This document shows, piece after piece, positions 52,348-64,000 of a DNA stretch of 64,000 bases. The notes beneath the pieces are model-generated. The model was not told the origin of the DNA. It searched no databases and saw nothing but the letters and a program-made list of their open reading frames with translations. The DNA lies in NCBI GenBank assembly GCA_951406725.2, contig OX597834.1:18166001-18230000 (forward strand). The letters are read 5' to 3'. The position numbers and the translations under genes are program-made. This DNA is from Octopus vulgaris (lineage: Eukaryota). Numbering within the stretch: the first letter of the stretch is position 1; every line of letters begins with the position of its first letter.

Positions 52348-52350
52348 GTT
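50085..52350 (+). mobile_element. Cluster of about 7 same-orientation older family-B-type SINEs with (ATT)n tails
   Basis: Heads at ~50088, 50330, 50550, 50802, 51638, 51850 and 52086, most directly following the previous copy's (ATT)n tail. Confidence 0.8.
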
Positions 52351-52940
52351 ATTTTATAAAAGACTAATGGAAGAAATAAATGCTAATAATATTTAGGGGC
52401 TAGAATCGTTTTCTGTTTAGTTGCAGGTCAACTCTAATTAAGAAGACTAATGATCTAAGACAGGTAGGGGCAACCTTTACTGAGAAATGGGCCACATGGG
52501 ATATGACTCGTCATGTGGACCACACTACTAGAAAAAGTGAAGATAGCTTTTTTATTAGGTGTACCATTCCAAAACTCCTGCAGGTCACAAGTTGCTCATG
52601 TCTGATCTAAGGTATTCATTCCATCAGTGACCATCTTGTCTTTATTTCAGACATGTTTTATCAAGGACTAATTGTCATATATATGTTGTGTGTGTGTGTA
52701 TATGTATATATGTGTGTGTGTGTGTATATGTATATATATATGTGTGTGTGTGTGTATCTATATATATATAAGTGTATGTATATATATATATATATCTATT
52801 TATATGTTTATATATGTATATATAAAGTTTGCTTTAGAAGCATTGACATGTATTGAAGGATACAGATGAGGAAATAATTTTATTCTCAAACGCAGGATAA
52901 TGAACAGGATAAACTATCCATATTTTGCAGAAAAATCTGT

Positions 52941-53017
52941 TGGTGGCCAGCCACGAGACTAGAACTCGCATCCCTGTGATTACGCGTCAAGTGCTTTACC
53001 ATTAAGCTAAACTGCCC
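52941..53017 (-). pseudogene. tRNA-like sequence (anticodon position CGT, Thr-like) ending in an encoded CCA
   Basis: GGGCAGTT-TA-GCTTAATGGTAAAGC-A-CTTGA CGCGTAA TCACA-GGGAT-GCGAGTTCTAGTCTCGT-GGCTGGCC-A-CCA; D and T arms pair, the anticodon stem has 2 mismatches and U33 is absent. Confidence 0.65.
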
Positions 53018-53177
53018 AGTGACAAATACTTCTGCAGTTTTAGGATATATAAATCTATCTTTATAAGACGCTGTCATACATTAAATTCAAGTTACGTTGA
53101 AAGTCAAGAAACAAAGTTTGCTTTAGAAGCGTTGAGATGTGTATATATATGTATATATGTGTATATGGATATTTATG

Positions 53178-53218
<41 letters not shown>

Positions 53219-53219
<1 letters not shown>

Positions 53220-53341
53220 GTTGCAGGAGTGACTGTGTTCAGTCCCACTGTGTGGCACCTTGGGCAAGTGTCTCCTACTTCACCATCAGGCAGACAAAAT
53301 GCTTGTGAGTGGATTTGGTTGACCGAAACTGAAAGAAGCCC

Positions 53342-53380
<39 letters not shown>

Positions 53381-53567
53381 TTGTGTATCTATGTTTGTCC
53401 CCCCACCATCGCTTGACAACTAATGTTGGTGTGTTTCTCCTCCTGTAGATTAGCAGTTTGGCAATGATAGAATAAGTACTAGGCTTACAAAGAATAAGTC
53501 CTAGGGTCGATTTGTTCGACTAAAGACGGTGCTCCAGCATGGCCACAGTCAAATGACTGAAATAAGT

Positions 53568-53568
<1 letters not shown>
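53219..53568 (+). mobile_element. SINE family A with an internal deletion in the head
   Basis: Matches family A body and tail. Confidence 0.8.
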
Positions 53569-53569
<1 letters not shown>

Positions 53570-53600
<31 letters not shown>

Positions 53601-53846
53601 ACGGGAAGCTTTATGAAAATAAACAAAAGACGAAGGCAGGTGGAAAACAAACGAACAATTGTATTATGTGTGTGTGTGTGTGTGTATATATATGTGTATT
53701 TATATGTGTGTGTGTATATGTATATATATGTATATATATGTATATATATAAATGTGTATATATGTATATATCTACATGCATATGTGTATATATATATATA
53801 TGTGTGTGTATATATGTATATATCTGCATGTATATGTGTGTGTGTG

Positions 53847-53879
<33 letters not shown>

Positions 53880-53890
53880 GTATATATGTA
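53570..53890. repeat. Long compound (TA)n/(TG)n microsatellite (similar tracts at 52680-52823 and 29793-29920)
   Basis: Directly visible. Confidence 0.95.
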
Positions 53891-54171
53891 CAATATGTAG
53901 GTGGCAAATACTTTTAGAAATTAGCATGTATAAAAAGTCAATAGATAACATATTCTCGATATAAAATAGTGTACATCTAAACACAAGAGAAAACTAGCTT
54001 TAACAGGTAATTTTTACATGCTAGAAGAAGCAGTCAAAATGACCAAAGCCACATTTTAGAATAAGTTTCGAAGGGAATGAAAAATAAAAACTTTTACCTT
54101 GTTATTTAAAAATTTTTTAATTTCATTTTTTAAAAATGTTATAACTGTAGTGCATATATATATGCATATAT

Positions 54172-54338
54172 AAAAAATAAATGCGCCCTTTTAAAGCCTA
54201 GCCCGGCTCATGGGCCCGGTTTCCCGGTTTCAATGGCGTATGTGTTCCCCAGCTGGATGGGACACCAGTCCATCGCAGCATTACACATTTTTGCCAGCTG
54301 AGTGCACTGGAGCTACGTGAAATGAAGTGTTTTGCTCA
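54172..54338 (-). mobile_element. 3' part of a further SINE family (related copies ~10730-11130, 56065-56300, 6955-7025)
   Basis: Shared AAAACACTTCATTTCA...CTCAGCTG...GATGGAC...CCCAT segment in several places. Confidence 0.6.
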
Positions 54339-57300
54339 TCTTACGCTTCATCATATAAATTGTCACTGAAGCAAACTAAGTCAAGTGGCACAATGCTCAA
54401 TGCCAGCAGCGGGGTTTTGAAATCATGACCTTTTTCAATCACTAGTAGTAATAATAATAATGGCATCACATTTTGGCACAAGGCCAGCAATTTCAAGATA
54501 GGGGATAAGTCGATTACATCAACTCCAGTGTTCAACTTGTAGTTATTTTATTGACCCTGAAACGATGAAAGCAAACTCAATCTCAGCAAAATTTTAACTC
54601 AGAGCATAAAGACAAAGTGTCGCCAAGCATTTTGACCAGCGTCTGAACAATTCTGCTAACTTGCCACCCTTGTAGCAGTAACAGCAATACAGCTTAACTG
54701 CCTGGTTCTTATATATGTTTGTTATATGGAAATATAGTTACCTTTGGATATCTATTCCTAATATAACCATTTTCATACTAACCTGCCTGAAACTGCATCT
54801 GGTACTTTCATAGGAAAAATCCACCTTTTTTTTTTACATGTTCATATTTGAATTACTGTCATATTTAAATTATTTATCATAATTTTATATAAGAACATTT
54901 AATGCTGTTTCAAACACTGTCTTAATACTTTCCAGATTTTATAAAATTGCTCTAAATTCTTGATATTTTTTTAGATAGATTGCAACTTAGAACTGTATTT
55001 TAATAGAAATATGATAAAAAAAAAAGTTTATAATCTGTCTTTGGGGAGAATTATGAAGAGAAAGTGATTTACATTCCCCAAGAACAGAAATATTTAAATG
55101 AGTTTATTATATTGTTGTTGAATATTTATAATGCTCTGTCTACTATATTATGTGAATATTGATTAATCTCTGCTGTGAAATGATTTATGTATCTATTTTA
55201 ATATGCACATGCATGCCTGCACATGCACACAGCATGCATACATTGAAATGCATCTTGCAATGGAGATTTCGAGGGGAACTATTTTAAGGAAATGGCTTCT
55301 ACACAATCAACAAAATAATATTAATTCTAAGAAGCATCGAACAGTGCAAAGAAATTTTTGTTTAACCGTACAAGGAAATGATGCATGTGAGAAATGTATG
55401 TAAATTAGTCATCATCACAATCATCATCATCATCATTTGCTTTTCTATGCAGACAGAGGTTGGAGGTATTTTTTGAGGCAGTGTTCTATGGTCACGGGCC
55501 CTGTTACCTGTTCCTACCATTTGTAGTTGTCTGTTACAAGATGCAGGGGGCTTAGTGATCTTATTCTAAGTTTATTCTATGCATACAGAAACATTTACAT
55601 TCATTGTTACATGAGTAAAGCTATTTTAATTGTGGATCTTATGAACTACTGGACCTTAAAAATCAGTTCGCAATTTTATTCAGATGAGCAATGAATCTCC
55701 CCTTGAATTGGATACCATTCTATTATAACCTTATATTCCCAGAACATCTGACATCTATGTCAATTTGTGGACTACTACATGTAGAATTGACCTGTCTAGA
55801 TACACATACATGTATGTACATATGCATGTGTGTGTGATTTTAATGTTCTAATTGAAGTGACAATATTCAGTTTTTTTTTATAGTATTTACACTTTCTGAG
55901 TTATCTGTGTGTGTTTATACACACACACACACACACAACACACACATACATTCTTTTACTTGTTTCAGTCATTTTGTATATATGTATGTGTGTTTGTGTG
56001 TGTATATATGTATGTGTGTGTGTGTTTGTGTATATTTGTGTGTGCATATATGTATGTGTGTGAAGGTACACAGCCTAGTGGTTAGGGTGTTGCACTCATG
56101 ATAGCAAAGATCATGGTTTTGATTCACAAACCAGGCGCTGTACTGTGTTCTTAAACAAAACACTTCATTTCATGTTTCTCCATTCCACTCAGTTGTAAAT
56201 GAGTAACCCTACAACAAATTGGTGCCTCATTAAGGAGGAATGTCATCATCTTGGTTCCTTAAATGCTATGGGACCTGTGTAACTGATCCCATGTTTCCTA
56301 GGATTTGAGACAGTAATGTCCTCCCTCCCCAATATATATTCTATATATTTGTGTATATTTAAGGTGTCATGTTTTCATATAAAATCCATTTATTTAGTTT
56401 TACAGTCTATGTATTTATTACTGTTTTTAACATATTGTTTCCTTTGGGTTGTTATCTATTTCTTTATTTTTCGTTACCTCCTTAATTAGATCTTCATTTA
56501 TTAGCAACACCCATCAGAGTGTGGAGATGATCTATGTTGCAAATGTTCTGTTATTCATTTGAGGTCTTTCTCAGGCAGAGATGAATCAATAACTGTTTAA
56601 TAGTAGTCAATATAAATACAAAGCGAGAAGCTGGCAGAATGGTTAGTACATCACGCAAAGTGCCTAGCAGCATTTTGTCTGTCTTTACGTTCTGAATTCA
56701 AATACCATCAGGGTCAACTTTGCCTTTCATCCTTTCAGGGTTGATAAAATAAGTACCAGTTGAGCACTGGGCTTGATCTAATCACCTTAACCCTGCCCTT
56801 GAAATTACTGGCTTTGTGCCAAAATTTGAAACCATTACAATTACAATATTATCAACCCTCTCTTTACCAACCACAAAATTACAGAGTCACTTGACCAGCT
56901 AGATATAACAGCTAAATCTCTCTCAACTCACCCTGTACCATCTGAAAAAGGATAATTTTGACAGTAGCCAAAATATTAAATGGAATGTCTTGATTATAGC
57001 TGAATTGAACCTACCCTAAACAACAACAACAACAAAATCATCATATCAGAGAATGTAGTCCTATATAAACTGTATCTTTTATCAGGTACTCGTTTCAGTC
57101 TTTGGACTGTGGCCATGCTGGGGCACCGACTTAAAGGGTTTAGTTGAACAAATCAACCCCAGTACTTATTTTTAAGCCTGACACTTATTCTGTCAGTCTC
57201 TTTTTGGTGAACTGCTAAGTTACAGGGATGTAAACAAACACCATTTGTCAAATGGTGGTGGCTGACAAACACTCTGACACTCAGATATTTACATACACAC

Positions 57301-58010
57301 TCACACACACACATGACAAGCTCCTTTCAGTTTTGGTCTTCCAAATCCATTTGTAATAAAGCTTTGGTTGACCTGGAGCTAAATGAGAAAACATTTATGC
57401 AAAGTGTGATGCAGTGGGAATGAACCCAAGACCATATGGTTGGGAAGCTTGCCTCTTACCATGCATCCACGCCTTCAAATGGAGAAGGAAAAGATGAAGT
57501 GGTTATGGCTGAAATACTTGTTGATCATAACTCACTTGGGTATAAACAACAATCAACAAAACAAGGTTATAGCTCAAAATACTCTTCTAAACAATTTTGC
57601 GTCTGTATATAGCTGGTGTTTAAATTATTGACTGGGATGAGGGGATGAAGGGTAAGTCCATAAGACAGAATGTGAATTGAAATCCATGAGCAATAAGTGA
57701 TAGCTGTAATATCAAGTCAATGTGTCTTATATGACATATTTTATGTTGCTTATTTTACTTGATGCCACATCTTCTCTGATTCTCAACATTCAGATATTAA
57801 TATTAGATATAGGTGTAGGCATATTCAGAGGTTTACTTCCCAACTGCACGGTTACAGGTTCAGTCCTATTGCATGGTACCATAGGCAAGTGTCTTCTACT
57901 ATGGTCCCAGATCGACTAAAGCCTTGTGAGTGGATTTGGTAGATGAAAACTGAAAGAAATCCATTGTGTGTGTGTAGAGAGAGAGGGGGGAGAGATGTAT
58001 GCATGTGTTT

Positions 58011-58057
<47 letters not shown>

Positions 58058-58639
58058 CAAAATAATACTAATAATAATAAAAACGTCATAGTCAATAATT
58101 CTACACCTCTAGCATTATCATCCTCATCTCCATCACTACAGCCAATGCCACCAAATCGTCTATGATGAAAATCTGGAAAAACAAAATACAGTTGTCATAT
58201 GTTCATGTTAAAATAAAATACCAATATATAATGATAGATCATTTTGTATTACCCCTGGTGCCATTTACCCAACTGTCTTTTGCTCACCAATCACTTCTCT
58301 TCTAGATCTTTTTGCATAATGTACCCTACAAGTGTTATGGTATAGTGTCCCCCTGATTTTGTGAACATTGTTTGAAAATAATTGTTCAAAAACAGTTATT
58401 CGAAAAACATTTATTTGAATGGAAAATTGTATGAATGAAAATTATTCAAAGGGACAGTTATACAAGATGTTAATTATTCTAAATTATTCTAAATCAAGTA
58501 CACAATTGTTATTTATTTTGAATAACTGTTTTTCGAATAATTGTTTGTGAATAATTTTCATGATACGGTCCTCCTGGCATGAAATAAAGTTGTTACATGA
58601 GTCTCATGTGATGATTTTCCATAAGAATCATGTAATAGA

Positions 58640-59120
58640 GTCTTTGGATGTTATATTAAGATGTTTAAAAATAATTGTTAGATGGTAGTTTCCTTGGAAC
58701 ATCATTATAGTGTCCTACAAACTGCATGTAAAGGTGTCTACAAGCGTTGTAATATGGTGTTAACATATGGTGGCTCATAAGCAGTGTTGTAGTGTACCAT
58801 GAGTGTTGTGTGAAGATGTTTTGTGAATGATATAGAGTTCTATAGGTGTCATCTTCAGATATTCCATGAGCATCATGCAAGTATGCTCTATGAGTATCCT
58901 GTGATGGCATCTCACAAATATTGTGTTATGGTGTCCCACAACCATCATGTCCGGGTATCCCACAAGCATCATGTTGTAATCTCAGGCAAATGCCATATGA
59001 AGGTGTTTCTTGAGCGTTATATATTGGTGACCATCAAGCATTATGTTATGGTGTCCCACCAATGTTGTGTAAAGGCATCCCAGAAACATCATACAATAGT
59101 ATCCTGCCAGTATCATGTAA
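58640..59120. repeat. Degenerate 24-bp minisatellite (consensus approx. CATCATGTxATGGTGTCCCACAAG)
   Basis: 24-nt period clear over 58870-59120; yields the His/Val-rich 8-aa-period ORF 58823-59128. Confidence 0.7.
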
Positions 59121-60992
59121 AGGTATAATAAAAAATATCCCACAAATGTGGGACATCTTTATGTAATATTCCTCTTAATTGTGTGTGTGTGTGTGGAGAG
59201 AGAGAGAGAAAAGTTTTATCTATATTATGAAGCTTAAATAGTTCAATCTGTATAAATTGAAATGAGATTTTTCCCCTTTTATCCTGGCACCATGTGAGAA
59301 GAAAATATAGAAAACAAAATTCCCATTTAATGTTATTTGGTGACATAAAAATCATTTTAGTAAACTGTGAATGTGTAGGGAGTTGAAAATAAGTTTTGGA
59401 GGTTGGAAGGAGACTGGGTGTAGCTTGATCGAAAGTGAAAATAATGACTGTAGTCATTTTAATTAACCCTTTTGTTACTGTATTTATTTTGAAATGCTCT
59501 GTGTTTCTTTCAATTACTTTAAATATAACAAAGAAGTTAGTAAAATAACTTAGTTATTATTCAGCTAGTATTAGGAACATAAATTGTGACTAAGGTTTGT
59601 GGAATATTTTGATTCAAAACTTATGTAAACAAGACATTTGTACTCAGAGCCAGAGCTGGTTTCAGCCAGGTTGGTAACAAAAGGGTTAAAAGATTATATC
59701 ATCATCATCATCATCATCATCATCATTTGGTGTCCACTTTTCCATGTTTGCATGAGTTAGACAGAGATTTGAAATGAAAATGAATCTTAATTACAAGAGG
59801 CAGACAGATTTAGTTAATGATTCTCCCTTTCTTTTCTTCTCTCTCCTTGAATACAAAGTATTGTCCTTTAGGATGCAGAATTAAACTGACCATATGGGTA
59901 AAGTATCGGACATTAGTCAAGAGAGTTCATATCTGTCACACATATTTCATTGTCACAGAATGGAACAGAGCTCTTAATTCTACATGCCTAGTTGGAGACT
60001 TAATTCCAAGGAGACTTGCTTTACTGGCAGTGAAACCTGTGATACACTTAAGCCCTTCTCTCTATTCAGGGAAAGATTTAGCCTTTGTGCATTTAACTCT
60101 ATAGCAACTGGAGTTAAACGGTGTCCCTATACATCATGAACCTTAGTAGTTCATATAAGGATTCACTTTGACTAACTTCAAGATGACCTGTGCATAATAT
60201 TTGCGTAATTCTCTTGAACATTTCCTTATAAGTTAGTTTCTTGCCTCGGCAAAAGGCTCTTGATGATATACCCATCCTATTTTTCAGCGTGGGTGTTGCC
60301 ATATTTCCCTCTATTGGCATACAAGAAAGAAAAGTATTCACCGCCTTCTAGAAGTAAGTTTTGAATCTCTCTCTCTCTCTCTCTTACTGTCTCATACACT
60401 CTTTCTTCCTCTCTTTCTTCACACTCTTTCTCTGTTACACTTCTGAAATTGACTAGTCTCACACGTTTGTTGTTTGCTGGGACCTGCCACTCTTTTTCTT
60501 TGACCAACAGCAACTCTTCATATAACTGCATGCTTCTGTTTCTCTTTTTCCCAACTTCTGCAACCACTCCCACCCCCTCCAATCCACCCCCACTTCATTA
60601 AAGATTTTTTTTTTGTTATTCAATAAATAGTAACAATTAACTATATCCAGGAAGCACTGCTAACATCTGAGTTCTCTGAAATTTCTAGAATGTTAACCTC
60701 ATTTTTTTGTGTGTATTTTTGAATAGTTTTGGACAACCTTTAAGTGGTCTGTTTTTCGGTTGTCTTCAGCTACCCAGGAATTGGGCAACAAAAGCTGGCT
60801 TTGTTAGTTACCAACAAAGCCATCAGGTCACACCGAACAATGACTACAGTTTATTACCAAAGATTATGCAACATGCAGTACATGAAAGGTGGTTTGCATG
60901 CCCATTGATGACTTAAATAAAAGTCAGTGCTATACATCAGAATGACATACTCAAACATAGTTTTGATTGTAAGGTCTAAAAACACAACTTTT

Positions 60993-61054
60993 TTTATTGT
61001 CAGTCATGGATTTCCTCAGACATGAGTGGAAAGTCACCTCACATACATGCTACA

Positions 61055-61096
<42 letters not shown>

Positions 61097-61488
61097 AGCT
61101 TCTTTTCTTTTAAACATGCTTTGCTAATACGTAACTGTATTCAAATTTTAATTTTTTTCTATTTTTAATTTGAACACTGTTGTGTTACAATATATATTTG
61201 TGTGTATGCATACTTATGTTTGTGATTCAATGTGCTCCAGCCATGACCATCTCAAGACCTTTTCTTTTTAAAGATGGTATCATATAATTTGAACATGATT
61301 TGGCTGCTATTTCTAGCAAGTCAAACAACCCCGGAGATCTGTGATTCTCAGCAATGGAATAATTATGTCATACTTGAAAATACGTTATTATATTATCTAC
61401 AGATAATATCCAGATATATTTTAAAAATCATTTTATTGTCGGTGAATCATTTCCTCAGACATGAGTGGAAAGTCACCTCACATACATG

Positions 61489-61533
<45 letters not shown>

Positions 61534-61730
61534 CTCCAGTCATGACCATCTCAAGACCTTTTCTTTTTAAAGATGGTATCATATAATTTGAACATGATTT
61601 GGCTGCTATTTCTAGCAAGTCAAACAACCCCGAAGATCTGTGATTCTCAGCAATGGAATAATTATGTCATACTTGAACATACGTTATTATATTATCTGCA
61701 GATAATATCAAGATATATTTTAAAAATCAT
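60993..61730 (+). repeat. Local tandem duplication (60993-61430 and 61431-61730; second copy lacks ~140 bp after the CA tract)
   Basis: Near-identical blocks; ORFs at 61274 and 61573 have the same N-terminus. Confidence 0.9.
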
Positions 61731-61899
61731 GTTTTGCTTTTGGCTTTCTCTTTTCACCCTGCTAAGAGTATAATGAAACTGATATATCATGATGCTTTAT
61801 ATAATAGAAAATATTTAGAGTGTGTTTTTGCCTGGTTGAAACCTTGTCTGTTCCACAAATCTTGTCTGTGGCCTGCATCTAATTGTCTTGTAGAAACTC

Positions 61900-62459
61900 A
61901 GGTGCAGGTGTGGCTGTGTGGTAAGAAGTTTACTTCCCAACCACATGGTTCCGGGTTCAGTCCCACCGTGTGTCTCTTCTGCTGTGTCCTCAGACTGACC
62001 AAAGCCTTGTGAGTGGATTTGGTAGGTGGAAACTGAAAGAAGCCCATTGTGTGTGTGTGTGTGTCTGTGTGTATTTGGCCCCCACTACTACTTGACAACT
62101 AGTGTTGGTGTATTTACATCCCTGTAATGTAACAGTTTTGCAAAAGAGACTGATAAAATAAGTACTAGGCTTAAAAAAAAAATCCTGGGGTTGATTTATT
62201 TGGTCAAAACCCTTCAAGGCAGTACCCCAACATGACTGTAGTCAAATGACTGAAACAAGTAAAAGATAAAAGATATTTCTATATTATAGGTGCAGGAGTG
62301 GCTGTGTGGTAAGTAGCTTGCTTACCAACCACATGGTTCCGGGTTCAGTCCCACTGTGTGGCACCTTGGGCAAGTGTCTTCTACTATAGCCTCGGGCCGA
62401 CCAAAGCCTTGTGAGTGGATTTCGTAGACAGAAACTGAAAGAAGCCTGTTGTATATATG

Positions 62460-62492
<33 letters not shown>

Positions 62493-62698
62493 TTGTGTCT
62501 GTGTTTGTCCCCCCAACATCGCTTGATAACCGATGCTGGTGTGTTTACATCCCCGTAACTTAGCGGTTCGGCAAAAGAGACCGATAGAATAAGTACTAGG
62601 CTTACAAAGAATAAGTTCTGGGGTCGATGTGCTCGACTAAAGGTGGTGCTCCAGCATGGCCACAGTCAAATGACTGAAACAAGTAAAAGAGTAAGAGT
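61900..62698 (+). mobile_element. Two tandem SINE family A copies (61900-62273 older, 62288-62698 younger)
   Basis: Two complete head-to-tail copies about 15 bp apart. Confidence 0.85.
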
Positions 62699-63064
62699 AT
62701 AAGTCTATACATCCACTTCTTTCTCCTTGTCATATATGTAAGTTTGGTCCCAAGTCTGGTCATTGAATCTTTCAGTGTGTATAGCAACTTGAGAATTAAG
62801 CTGAGTGTGATCTAACGAGTGTGTGTGTGTGTGTGTGTGTGTGTGAGGGTGAGTGACTGGTTAAGAATTGAGTTGTGTAATCTGATTGTGTGAGGTTGAG
62901 TGACAAGTTAACAATTAAGCTGAATGTGTGTGGGTGTGTGACAGTTGAGAATTGAGGTGAGTGAGACTGAACCCAGAACCACATAGTTACAAAGCAAGCT
63001 TCTTGACATCATAGTCATTCCTGCACTTACGACAACTATTGATGCAACAATATGAAAAAGAACG

Positions 63065-63742
63065 TTAACCCTTTTGTTACCATGTTTCCATTGAAATACA
63101 CTGCCTTCATTTCAATTAACTTTGAAAAATGATGAAGAATTTAGTAAAATAACTTTGTCATTATTAACCTGGTGTTTGGAACATAAATGAACATGCAATT
63201 TTGAAAGGTTTTAATTTAGACCACTTTAACCCTTTCAATACTAACCCGGCTGAAACCGGCTTTGGTTCTGTAGTACAAGTGTTTTGTTTTCTTAAGTTTT
63301 GAATTAAAATCTTCCACCAAACCTTAGTCACAATCTATATTCCTCACACTAGCTTAATGATAACGAAGTTATTTTACTAAATTCTTTGTTATATTTAACC
63401 CTTTAGTGTTCAGATTATTCTGTCAAATGTGATGTTTGTTTATTTATAATGTTTTGAATTAATCATGCATTATCTTGTAGTTTAGAGATTGCAGTGATGT
63501 GGTTTTTTTTAGTTTTAGAATGACATGGTAGGGCTGAGGTAAGAGGCAAGCTCTGGTCAGTTTCAATATAAAACAGGCTAAATATTCTGGTCGGATATGG
63601 CCAGTTTGAATGCTAAAGGGTTAAAGTAATTGAAATAAACACAGAACATCTCAAAATAAATACAGTAATGAAAGGGTTTAACATGAACTTTGTATCATAA
63701 AAGCAGAGATGGTCTTGGGCGGGTTGGTATCAAAAGGGTTAA
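63065..63742. mobile_element. Triple-nested piggyBac-like MITEs
   Basis: Outer 63065-63742, middle 63226-63680, inner 63395-63624; each bounded by TTAA-CCCTTT / AAAGGG-TT(A/T)A. Confidence 0.85.
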
Positions 63743-64000
63743 TGTTATATAACACCTAGCTTCTGTTCATAAACCCTTCTTGTATACCATACTTGATGGC
63801 ATAAAATTTGCACAGGCATGTTAAATGCACCTCAATTGCAGCTGCACATATTCAGGAATCTAAGTTTTTAGAGCATTAACCCTTTTGCATACAGATTACT
63901 CTCTCAAAAGTAATGCTTATTTGTTTTGTATTAATCATGCATAATCTTGTCGTTTTGAGGTTTTGATGATGTGATTGTTTACTTTTACAATGATATTGTA

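Noticed and set aside
49761-64000. Further CASD1 exons (expected next motif approx. VLFR.NF...YYFVPL)
   Set aside because: Not found by eye; the region is dominated by repeats, so the next exon probably lies beyond the window.

Overview
AT-rich, repeat-dense eukaryotic (animal) genomic DNA. The SINE/MITE/microsatellite landscape suggests an octopus or other coleoid cephalopod (inference). The window lies almost entirely inside one + strand gene, a CASD1 (Cas1p/sialate O-acetyltransferase family) orthologue. I assembled 13 internal coding exons by hand (9652-49760). All have AG/GT boundaries and compatible phases, giving about 452 codons without a stop and intact GDSR and DGLH motifs. The first coding exon and the 3' exons were not found in the window. 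The introns (one of 26.1 kb, the last >14 kb) hold tRNA-headed SINEs, RTE-type LINE fragments, piggyBac-, hAT- and pogo-like MITEs, and simple repeats. Almost all ORFs in the supplied track are repeat-derived noise. The best leads are: (i) an unidentified CpG-rich, structured ~170-nt element with TATA and TTTT signals at 2725-2919; (ii) a minimal type I hammerhead ribozyme with a G3:C8 swapped core at 7817-7867 (-); (iii) a CCA-ending tRNA-like unit between direct repeats at 52824-53140; (iv) several informative transposon structures. I see no evidence for a novel multi-gene system.
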